From the human T2T-CHM13v2.0 reference genome, Homo sapiens, in the NCBI RefSeq assembly GCF_009914755.1, contig NC_060942.1: a stretch of 64,000 bases of DNA; one strand, given 5' to 3'. Within the stretch, counting starts at the first letter, position 1. Each line of letters begins with the position of its first letter. Shown piece after piece: positions 53,277-64,000 of the stretch. A program made the position numbers and the translations under genes. The notes beneath the pieces were generated by a model, which was given only the letters and a program-made list of their open reading frames with translations, ran no database searches and had not been told where the DNA came from.

Positions 53277-53461
53277 TAGGGTGGCCAGGTATGATACAGG
53301 ACACTCAGTTAAATTAAATTTAATTTCACATAAAGCATATAATTTTTTTTAATGTATGTGCCACACAATATTTGGTACATATGTCAAAAAATAACTGTTT
53401 ATCTTGTATTTAAATTTAATTGTGCTTCCTGTATTTTTATTTGCAGAATCTGGCGATGCTA
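53277..53461. mobile_element. MER53 palindromic hAT MITE
   Basis: tagggtggccag...cagttaaatt...aaatttaattg...cctgtatttttatttgcagaatctggcgatgcta. Confidence 0.82.
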
Positions 53462-53974
53462 CTCGAAAGTCTTTCTTCTAAAAGGCAGCCCCTTGCTCTT
53501 GATCTTGGCTTCTGTCTTTGCAGTGCTCTCCATATCACACCTTGTTATATACTCATAAAAGGCAGAGAAAGCTACATCTCCAGTTGCCTTCCAGGTCCCC
53601 TCAGAGGATTGCTTGGTGCTAGGGACTTTACAGTTGCCATGACTGACTAATGTTTTCTTCCTCTACCTTTGATTTGGTCTCTAGTTCTCATCTTTTCTCA
53701 TTCTGCTCATTCTTCATGGATGGGTGCACCTGTGCCCAAGGTTTCAGTTACTACTGATGTGATGGATGGGTCGTCTGATTCCAAAATGTGTGCTAAACTC
53801 TGAGGCTTTCTTAAGCTATATGGTCATATTTTCAAATTCCCACTGGGAACCCATACTGGGATTTCTAACATATATCTCAAATTCAATATGCCTAAAAACA
53901 GCTCATCCATTCTATCTCCAATACAGCCCACTCCTTCCTATTCTTGACTTTGGTTAAAGGCAAACAGTTCTTAG

Positions 53975-54150
53975 CTCAGTGCTTCTTAAAGATAAAGTGT
54001 GCATAGGAATAAACTGGTTTTTATCTTTAAAATGCAGACTCCAGGATCTTCTTTCTTGATAATAACTCTGGAGTGGGCCCAGGACTCCTGTTTTTGTTTT
54101 GTTTTTTGATTAAGTCCCCTGGGCAATTCTAATATAGTAATGAGATGTTA
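53975..54150. mobile_element. MER5B-like MITE
   Basis: cagtgcttcttaaa...aaaatgcagactccagg...ctggagtgggcccagga...gcaattctaat. Confidence 0.65.
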
Positions 54151-55274
54151 GCCTCTGTAATATGGCTTCTGCCTAAATTTCCAGCACATTCTTACCACCA
54201 GCTGTTAGTGGAGAACATAACACACTCCATTACTTTCCTTGTCAATTTTTCAATGAAATATATAGCTATCAAAAATGCTTTGCATAATTTTCTTTATTTT
54301 GGCAATGAACGAAAACTCAGGATTTTGTTCTTGGCCTAAACCAGATAAAAATGTCAATAGCCTTGGGAATACTCCAGTTGAAGGCAGTAGGAAACCTGAA
54401 CATCTAAATCATGCGGCAATCATGGAAATCTTGGTGATAATTTCAATTTACCTAGGCTGTTTACATCAGTTACACTACAAACTAAAGGCTAAACAGGGCC
54501 TCCACTGACACTCTGGTTAAAGTTTAGTGCAATACATAATTTATCAATGAGTGCACACAAATGAGTTTAATTTTGCCTGCTACCCTTAAACCCCCCATTA
54601 TTATGTAGATTATTAATGAGGTCAAGACATCCCTAACATTTTGCAAGAAAGCAAGCCCAGGGAACTCAACCAACTGATTGTAGACAAAGTTGGGAAATTA
54701 CATGAAGTCTGATTTAGTCACCAAACTACCTTAAAAAAATTCCCTTAGAAAAACAGTGAGAAAATTTCTAGAGTGTGACTTGAAGTGTAAAATAAAAAAA
54801 GAAAGTTCTTTGTAAATATTTTCAAGTGAAATATGCATATGCAAATTTTAACATGATGACCAAAATACCTTGGAATGTTTCATGGTTTTTTTTTAAATCA
54901 TTAAAATACAGAAAAATGGTCTCTTTGTATGTATTTATGCAATTATGTCTATCCATTTATATCTACCTATTTATCTAATCTACCTTGATCTAATTACCTT
55001 TTTTAATCAGGAAAAAAGCTGGAAGGAAATGAATCAAGAATGATCCTTCTGGAATTACGGGAAATTTATATATTTTTTAAATCTACAATGTATCTATCCT
55101 CTAACTTTTCTAGAACTAGCCTGTTTTACTTGTGTAATTAGGAAAAGATAATCAGCATTTATCAGGTCTGACTAAGTCGGAGTTTAAAAAGCTGTAAGTT
55201 GCAATCAGCAGCATTTTGAATTGTAACATTGTTGTGCTGTTGCTCAATGTCATCAAAATTGCTCAGCCGACACT

Positions 55275-55620
55275 CATTCCTTGATTCAGCTATCCAGTAA
55301 AGGGTTTTTTAATGTCAACAATACGCTAGGCATTCTGCTAGGTAAGATTGATAAAAAGATAAGTGAGACATGATTTCTACTATCAAAGATCTCATAATCT
55401 AGAAAAGGGAGAAAAGGCACGCAAAGAGAAAAACAATCATACCACAGAGTGACTGCCAATGTTTGGACAGTTAGATGAGTACAGAAGAGGAGTCAACCAA
55501 GTCTTCCTGGAGGAGTTGGAGAGGATTCTAAGAGGAAAAGACACTCAAGTGATGCCTTGAGAACATTCTAGGCCACGCTTTGGGAGGGCAGAAATTTCAA
55601 GAAGAGCAATCCATTAAGGC
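55275..55620 (-). mobile_element. L2 fragment
   Basis: cattccttgattcag...ctaggcattctgctagg...agatctcataatctag...cttcctggaggag. Confidence 0.65.
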
Positions 55621-56361
55621 ATAGATATTAGTAGTTTATTTAATCCATTCCATGTTAAACAGTTAAGCAGTTCATTGTATTTGACTATTATAAATCCATG
55701 GTAAATATTTTTGAAGCTCAGTCTTTGTCTACATCTGTATTTATTTCTAGGTGAAGGGAAGATTCTAGAAGTGGAATTACAAAGTTAATGTTTCTGAATT
55801 ATTTTAAGGCTTTAGATAAAATTTGCCAAATACAACTTAAAATGATTGTATTGATTCAAACTCCCACCTACAAGGAATGAAAAAAATATGGAAGCACAAA
55901 GTTCAGCTGAGGAAAACTAACAAAATTAGCTAAGATGAATTAGTAGAATAAAATTTATAGAATTATTTTTAAAAGATAAAAATCACAAAATGCAAAGTGG
56001 AAAAAACCAACTTGCAAATTATTGAAGTACTAATCCAAAACAGAAATGTCCAACATATTTAGCCCTAAAAATATACCAGAAAAATATGTACCAGTTCTTT
56101 AATTTTTAGGTTTTATGTGGGTTGTGACCCTACTTACTTACTCCTTTTTATGAACAGCAAATCCACACTTTCTCCTCTTGAAGCCTCTAAATTCTATTTA
56201 TCCAGAGAACTTTTTTGTGTGTGTTTTACAGGAAATTCAAAGCTATCTGGTACATATTTCCTTATTTGTTCTGGTTTTCATCTTAAGATATGTCAAATAT
56301 GTGACCTTAAGAAATTATCTTTCAACACCTTGAGACTCAATTTTTATGTACATTCTTACTA

Positions 56362-56659
56362 TCATTATTATTTTTTTAGACATGGGGTCTTGCTCTGTCA
56401 CCCAGGCTAGAGTGCAGTGGTATAATTATAGCTCACCACAGCCTTGAAATCCTGGGCTCAAGCAATCCTCCCACCTCAGTCTTTTGAGTAGCTGGGACTA
56501 CAGGCACATGCCACTACACCCAGCTAATTTTTAAATTTTTTTCAGAGAGTTGATCTAGCTATATCGCTCAGGCTAGTGTTGAATACCTGGACTCAAGTAA
56601 TCCTCCTACCTCAGCCTCCAGAGTCACTGAGATTACAGCTGAGAACCACTGTGCTCAGT
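56362..56659 (-). mobile_element. AluJ SINE
   Basis: atagctcaccacagccttgaaatcctgggctcaagcaatcctcc. Confidence 0.93.
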
Positions 56660-57334
56660 TTATGTACTTATTTTTACAAAGCAAAAGTCTCCATAATTTT
56701 TTTGTAGGCCCGGTTAGAAAATAATAGCTAATCATGAAGAAAGGTGCCTTCTCAAGGTGTCTTTGGAGTAACTACACAAGATATAAAGGCAGATTTTTCC
56801 CTTTAGCATACTATGTAATCCAGCGAGCCCCGCCTTACAGGTTGAAAATGGTCTCATGTTTTGTTTTGAGGGGCAATAAAACATACCACTTTACTCAAAA
56901 TAACTCATATTCTGCACTCCGTGGTGTGAAAGTCTATCATACTAAGGGGGTAAAATCACAGAGCTGGAGACACTTTTTTTTTTTTTTTTACCACACAGAA
57001 TCAGCTCTAAGACATAATTAACCTGAATATGAATTAAGCATTAGTTTATTGGGTTTCCTAGCTGATCATTTTAATTGCTTATCAAACTGGGTCGAAAAGA
57101 AAGACAGAGGGTAATCAGTTTCAGGGTAAATGACAGGATGTAACTTTGAGAGGTGAGAAGACATACGGAAAAAAGGACAGATGGAACCAAACTTTCATGG
57201 TTTCATTTTGCCTGGGCAACATCTGGAATATAGTATTATAACAACCACAACATCAAAATTATCCAACATACTTGTAATTTAAAAGGCTTCTTTTGGAACC
57301 TCATCAATTTTGTTCATTTATTTATTCTTCTTGA

Positions 57335-57442
57335 AAGACGGTAAGCTCCATAAAATGCAAGGACAATGTTTGTCTTGTTGAATGCTATATTTCCACTAGT
57401 TGCTGGCATATAGAAAAAGCTCAATACATATTTATTGACTAA
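57335..57442 (+). mobile_element. L2 3' end
   Basis: gtaagctccat...ggacaatgtttgtcttgtt...ctggcatatag...ctcaatacatatttattga. Confidence 0.7.
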
Positions 57443-58387
57443 TAGGAGTGAGATGAAATGAGAATTGCTATTTCTATCTCCTTTCTCCTTTCTGACAATT
57501 TTTCCCTAATAACCTAAGTTTGTGAATAAGTCCAGTTATTTTCTGGCAGCTGAAGTTCATTGTCTCCTGGATTATTGTTAGAGTGAGCCTGAAGAAGCAT
57601 TTGCAGGGATGGGGTGGCTTTCTAATTTATACAGTCACTGAGCCTCTCGCCTATTTTATTCTTCACACCATGCTGGTCTCTTGCTACTCTGCTCTCTCTT
57701 TCATTCCAGACTTTAAATAAATTCAGATTCATTTTATTCCCCTGATTAAAATAAGTATCTGCTTTTAAGAGCATTCACAATAATGTAAAAGCTGCTTAAC
57801 TAGCACTCAAAAAAGTTCATATCTGCTGTCATGTATTCTCTCCCAAATATATGATTTATTCTGGTTACATTAAGCCCTAGAATTCACACACACTGTGCAT
57901 GCTTCAGGATTCCTACTTGTTTCTGGGTTGTACCTTGATACAATTCTATTCATTATTTAAACTCAATTCAACTTATTGGTAATTGTTCATTGGAATCTGT
58001 ATTATGTCTGTCATAGAATAAAGCAACTGAGTTATCTTGAAAATTATCTTTGGGAGATTAAGATTTTCAGCATAAGATACGAGACATACAAGTATAAAAA
58101 ATCATTTAAGTAAAAACTATGTAATTTTAATTTAGAATTGAAACATCAATATAAGTACATATATTTAAAAATACATATTTCTAACTTTAGTGAAAATGTC
58201 TGGGAGCAATGAGAACTCAGTAGCAATGAGTATCCAGCAATGAAAGGAAATGAAATCCTTGTGTAAATGGCTGATTCCAGGTTGAGATGAAATTATAGTG
58301 TCTTTAAAGAAGCTGAGGTTGCAGGGTGTTTCACTTGTATAGGCCCTTTCCAAATTCGTGAGAGGTCTTACCAGTGTGGTCACATGG

Positions 58388-58388
<1 letters not shown>

Positions 58389-58464
<76 letters not shown>
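58389..58464. repeat. Compound microsatellite (TA)16(CA)16(TA)6
   Basis: Direct reading of the sequence. Confidence 0.97.
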
Positions 58465-58465
<1 letters not shown>

Positions 58466-58889
58466 TTGCAAAATACTCAAAACTATGATATTTTAAGTTG
58501 CAATTACTTTTACTCTGATTTTCTCTTTGCCGTAATTCTTCTTTGGTTGGGTAGTTTTGAATTGGCCATGGGGATTTTAGAGATCATGCTAAGGAAAATT
58601 TGAGGAGGGATATATTCTTATGTAGTTAATGGTCTCTTGATGTTACTGTTAACTGTTCTGATATAGAATGCGCCCCTCTACAGGAATCAATATAATATCC
58701 TAAGAAGGAGGGGCAAGGCTGAGGTCATATGAGGATATGAACATGTTCTATTGCCCATAACAGTGTGAGAATAGTGAAGCAGAAAAAAGCTTCAGATAAA
58801 CAGAGCCAGAAGCTAACTATGGAAATACCTCCAAATATTAAAGTGTAAGTCTGCAAGAAACTTGATAGTTTCTCCCAATACTTAATATT

Positions 58890-58935
58890 ATTACCTTTAA
58901 TGGCAAAAACCACAGTAACTTTTGCACCAACATAA
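58890..58935. mobile_element. Half of a MADE1 (Hsmar1 MITE)
   Basis: attacctttaatggcaaaaaccacagtaacttttgcaccaacataa matches one MADE1 arm. Confidence 0.8.
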
Positions 58936-60997
58936 TAATAATCACTTTTTATTGAAGCATTATAGAGGAAAGAAGGATTTACCTTTCTACTCTCTGCTTA
59001 GAAGATATTATAAAGTTATTGTCATATGAAGAGAATTCAGGCAAAAATGTAAGAAAAAGTGTTACAAAGATATTTCAACAGTTAGTAAGAATATTATGTC
59101 TTTTTACTGGATTTTGTGATATTTGTAGGATGTGTACTTTAAAACGTTATAGTTTGTTTGTTGTTATTTATTTTGCCATTCTATATAAATATTTACTTTT
59201 GTATCTTATTTTATATTCACAGCTTTGCACTTTTTTTCTTAATGAGGACCTTCAAACTGTGTAATCTGCTTCTGAAAAATCTGGATCCACATTATATCGG
59301 GTTTGAAATAGGAAATATACAAACTGATCCTGGGACAGGTTGTTGTGCTTGAAAGCAAATAAGTGATCTGACACTGTTGGTCTTGCACCAAAAGGACACT
59401 GGAACCTGCTCTCAGGGGTTCCCACTGGCCTATGGTGGGACCACCTGAGGTTCAAAGTTACTTCAATTGACTAAAACCTATTTTATATTAAAACATCATG
59501 AAAAGGAAATAGACACAAAAAACAACACTCACTGAATATTTTGGAGCTTGCATCAACTTGTTACTCAGAATATTGAATGTAAGAGTGAAATCCATAAGCA
59601 CTGATCCTGTCTTTCTCGTGTAAAATATATTTCAGGGTAAATGACACCCAGTATGGGTAAGGGAAAGTTCTATACAGAAAAGTCCTAGCAAATAATAGAA
59701 AGCATGATAGGATGAGAAATCACCAGTTTGCAATGTTAAAGAAATAATGAATCGATTCGGTGGCCATCATTTGATAGTAAAGAAAATGGGTGAAAGTTGA
59801 TAAATAACTTTTCCATACAGGGATGTGAAACAGGGGTGCTGGCATACCCTTCCCTCACCATGTCAACCATGTGCTTTTCTCAGAAAGAAGTGTTTGAATA
59901 AGTGTCAGACTTTTAATTTGTTTCTATCTCTATTACATCTCATATTAATTGATCAGACTTTCTTCTTAGTTCCCTGAGTGAGTCCATGAAGGGTTTCTTA
60001 TCTTCATATTCTTTCGTTCATTTCAATTGGCAAAGACATGGATGAAAATAGGAGTTTTCTGCATGTTTAAGCCAAAAAAACTATGTGGAAGTTAATATTA
60101 TCTTTTTTAAAAGCTGTTGACAGTGCTGATTTATAACCTAGATGTAGTCTTCTATACTGTCCTTTAATTCTGAATTGCACTTAGAGTGCTATAGTATTCA
60201 TTTTTTCTTTTACTAATATTTCCAAACAACTTTCTCTGAGTCATATTTTATGGCTTATAACCTGTGAATCAAAACAAAGAAATTGTATTATATGTAATAT
60301 CTTTTTGCTTGAAATTTAAAAAAAAAAAAAAGGAAAAAAATCCATAAGGATACTGTCTCTCTCTCTCTCTCTCTTTTTTTTTTTTCTGCACAGCAATACT
60401 TGTTAAAATATAACAGTTTTAAATGCTGTTTATTTCCTGTTTGTGTACAATCAGTTGAGCTAACTTCTCTTCAGCATGTAGAATAGCACATTAATAACTG
60501 GCTCGAATCTTTGAAGGAATTTTGTAGAAGATCTAAGTACAGAAATCTCAAGAGAATTGCTTAGGAATACAGAATCCTTGTTTTTATCAAGATCTTCACT
60601 CAGCAATGTCTACGTGTGGCCTTATAGCAATGATACTCCTTTTGCTCCTAGAGGACACTTTCTCCACCAACTTTGAATACTAGCTTTGAGAGATAATTAC
60701 AGCTCAGAGCAAAGAGAAGGCTTTGAGAGAACTACTAGGATAACTGGGCAATCCCTGATACATCACATGCATCCTTGCTTAGGTGGTAACCAAACACAGG
60801 CAAAGCAGTTGAAACTGTGTGTGGGTTATGCTTTGTGAGTGGGTCTCAAGTTAACTGCCTTTTGATGAAAACTAGATGCTTACTAGATACTTATTCTGTC
60901 AAATGCTTACTAGTAATACATAGAAAAATAAACAAAAAACTACCTCATACATACCTTATAATCATCCATACACTTGTAAAATAAATAATCATATGCT

Positions 60998-61215
60998 GTC
61001 ATGGTTAAGAGTATACACTTAGGCATCTGGTAAACTCAGCTTCAAGACCATTTCTACCACTAATTAGTTTGTTATTGGCCAAATTATATTTATTCATGTA
61101 AGCTACGCAGTCTCATTTTTAAGATGTGAATGATGGAATTACCTGTTCCATAGAGTTGTTGGGATGTACCAATGAGAAAATGAGTGCTCTGTTACATAAC
61201 CAGCATCCAATAAGC
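60998..61215 (+). mobile_element. MIR SINE
   Basis: catggttaagagt...ctaccactaattag...cagtctcatt...catagagttgttgggat. Confidence 0.7.
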
Positions 61216-61299
61216 AGTAGCTCTCATTTTCATTATTATGTTCACAATAAAGCAGCCAATGGATACTTCCTCCTAGGAAGGAAAAGAACATTTTGGATA

Positions 61300-61490
61300 G
61301 GCCTGGCCAGTGTTTACCAATTTGCCTGCTCATATGATTGCCTAGGGTATTTATTAAAAGTACAGATTTCTGGCCATACTCTTCACCTTTTGATCTGAAT
61401 AATCAGGGTACTGGGAGGGGTGTTTGGACTCTCCATTTGACAAGTACCTTGGGTGGTTTTATGGTCAAAATGGTTTTGAAAGTAGCACTA
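61300..61490. mobile_element. MER5-like MITE
   Basis: ccagtgtttacc...ctagggtatttattaaaagtacagattt...caagtaccttgggtggtttt. Confidence 0.6.
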
Positions 61491-61567
61491 GTGCACATAA
61501 CATTGAAAATTGAATGACTAATGCATATCTACTTCCTTATTGTTGATGAAAAAACTTGCAGCATTAA

Positions 61568-61975
<408 letters not shown>

Positions 61976-62179
61976 TGAGCACATGTTTTCTTCAAAGTTT
62001 TATTTTTCAATTTGAAAGAAACTGTTGGTAGAATAGAGACAGAAAAAGAAAAGTGAAGGGAAATCAGGAATCAAAGATAGAAAAATGCAAAAGATCAGAA
62101 AAATGACCGTTTAGACATAAAAGTGTTTATTTTCCTTTATTTCCTGGCCCAATTCAAATTTTACAACTTCTTCTGCATA

Positions 62180-62765
62180 GCTAAGTACTTAGTGTGTTTA
62201 ATTTGTCTTTATTACATATGTTCTTGCAAAACATACATTGCTTTATGTGCAATGTATTTTAGTTTATGTAAATAATATTGTTGATATACATCTTTTCTGA
62301 CCTACATTTTTCACGAAAATACTGTTCTCAATATTCATCTGAATAACGTGTGCATCTATGTTTCTTTTTCTAATTGCATTCCACATTTTACTGATCCACT
62401 GACAGTTTTACACATCCAGGTTCCTCTAGATTCCCTACCGGCACAAGCAGTGCTTCATATAGAGCTGAGTGGCCTGTGGTATGAGTTGGGGATATGCACA
62501 CATTTTATGCAAGCCGAGTCATAGGGTCAGTGTGTATTTACTAAGTCCATATACCAGCTTGTATTCCAGTATGGCTGCCTAGCTGACACTTCCAGCAGAG
62601 CAGATGCCTCCTAGAGCTGCAAATTCCCATCTACATTTGACTTTTTCTATTTTTCTAACGTTTGCCAGTCATGTCTTATTGTCTTAATTTGCATTTTTCT
62701 GGGTATTATTCACTTTGAGTTTTCTTTTATGTGATGGTAAGTTTTGAGGAGTTCCATTTCTCAAA
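62180..62765 (-). mobile_element. Old L1 (L1ME-like) 3' fragment
   Basis: gtatggctg...tgacacttccagcag...tcttattgtcttaatttgcattt. Confidence 0.6.
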
Positions 62766-63559
62766 AGGGCATTTGCTGAGTAATTACACTGGAATCTGAT
62801 ACCAGCTTCATGCTTACAAAGAAGCTACAGTGGGTATTTTTAAAGGTTGTTTTCCCAGGTTGCTGTACCTCTCTTTTCTATCGGCATTTACATCTGAGAT
62901 ATTCTTACATAACCTAGTTTATAAAAGTTCTTTCTCAGAGAGATATAAAGTTGAAAGAAGAGATTGTATGAGCACAGAAAGTGCTTCAGGCGTATCTTCT
63001 CCTGGAAAAAATAATGAAGAATGAAAGAGAATATGTAAGTTAGGGTCCCATTAGAGGTGATAAAAGCCAGGAGAGAATAAAAGTATTTTAACTATGTTGG
63101 GTCATCCCTGGGATGCCTGGCAGCATGAATGCCTTGTGCTATCACAGGAATAGTCAGGATTAAGAATGAAAGTCCAAGGAAAAGCGTATACCCTATCCAT
63201 GGTTACCCCGCTCATATCAACTTCTAAAAGTTCTTCTTCTTTTTTTTTAATCTAACGCTAAGTGAGAAATGACTTTTAGAATGGTTGAAAAGGATGTCAT
63301 AATGCCCTGTGGGGATTATAAATAAATAAAATTGATCTCAGTCTCCTAGACGGAAGCAAAAAAAAGTCTGTTCCATGGCAGTTTTGCAGGCTACTGACCA
63401 AGAAAGAAAATTCATCTACTATGTTGTCAAATTTATTCCTCCCATCCATCAGTTGTCTTAGAGGAATTTTTTTCTGAATACCCATTCATGCACGAAGCAT
63501 TGTCAGTTGTACATCCCCAGCTATTTTAAATTTGACTTCTCTCTATTTATGTCACTGCT

Positions 63560-64000
63560 GCTCCAGTTCAGGAGTGTCCCTCATCTGAAATAGCTCTTGC
63601 TTTCACTTTCAAAATCTGCCTCCAGTCCTGCCTTCCTCAAATCCATACACCATGAGGTTGAGGCAGCTAGAGTGCAAGCATGTTGCTTTCTCTCAAAACT
63701 TTTCAATGGTTGCCCATTCTCAGCAAATGGCGTAGACACCCTCACATGACATGGTAGACTTTCTGTGACCTCTCCACTTTCTTCCTCTCCCAGACCTCTC
63801 CATGCTAGTGTGACCTAGCTGATTTTAGCTCCGTGGAAACATCAAGCTGTCTGTTGCTCTTGAGTCTTTGCTTACCCTGATCTTTCTGCCTTACTAGTCC
63901 TCTTACCTCCTCTTCACTTCTCTGGATAAATAAATCCTATTTATTTAATCAAACTCAACTTTGGGGTGATCAGCTAGTGATCCTCCTTCTCACCTGGGCT
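63560..64000 (+). mobile_element. L2 fragment
   Basis: ctcaaaacttttcaatggttgcccatt...tcctatttatttaatcaaactcaac. Confidence 0.7.

Noticed and set aside
53277-53461. Long hairpin as a possible novel pre-miRNA
   Set aside because: Explained by the palindromic MER53 MITE.
56705-56845. TATA-like GATATAAAG and GC-box GCCCCGCC as a promoter
   Set aside because: Isolated short motifs in the wrong order for a plus-strand promoter, and no CpG island.
58165-58603. ORFs with YIYIYI/HTHTH/CVCVC runs
   Set aside because: Translations of the microsatellite.

Overview
AT-rich, CpG-poor primate genomic DNA (human or ape, judged from AluY/AluS/AluJ, L1PA and THE1 elements). I see no intact protein-coding gene, rRNA/tRNA or CRISPR array. 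Roughly half the window is transposon-derived. The centre (~24.0-43.9 kb) holds a full THE1A provirus with a perfect ACATC target-site duplication (TSD). Next to it is a fragmented, near full-length old L1 (L1MD-like) hosting nested insertions: an ~8.3 kb MER66-type ERV1 provirus (gag remnant, no pro/RT, integrase tail, EnvV-like env broken by two Alus), an AluJ, and a Tigger1 that itself carries a 5'-inverted L1PA and a solo THE1C LTR. The main unexplained signals are: (i) minus-strand, splice-site-bounded, stop-poor reading frames in non-repeat DNA across the window, possibly the fossil of an unannotated multi-exon gene (hypothesis, modest statistics); (ii) a hydrophobic small ORF in frame upstream of the ERV env; (iii) a ~300 bp fold-back palindrome at 11.5-11.8 kb; (iv) a few candidate regulatory motif clusters. 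Repeat subfamily names come from remembered consensus sequences and need RepeatMasker/Dfam confirmation. Boundaries of old repeats are approximate.
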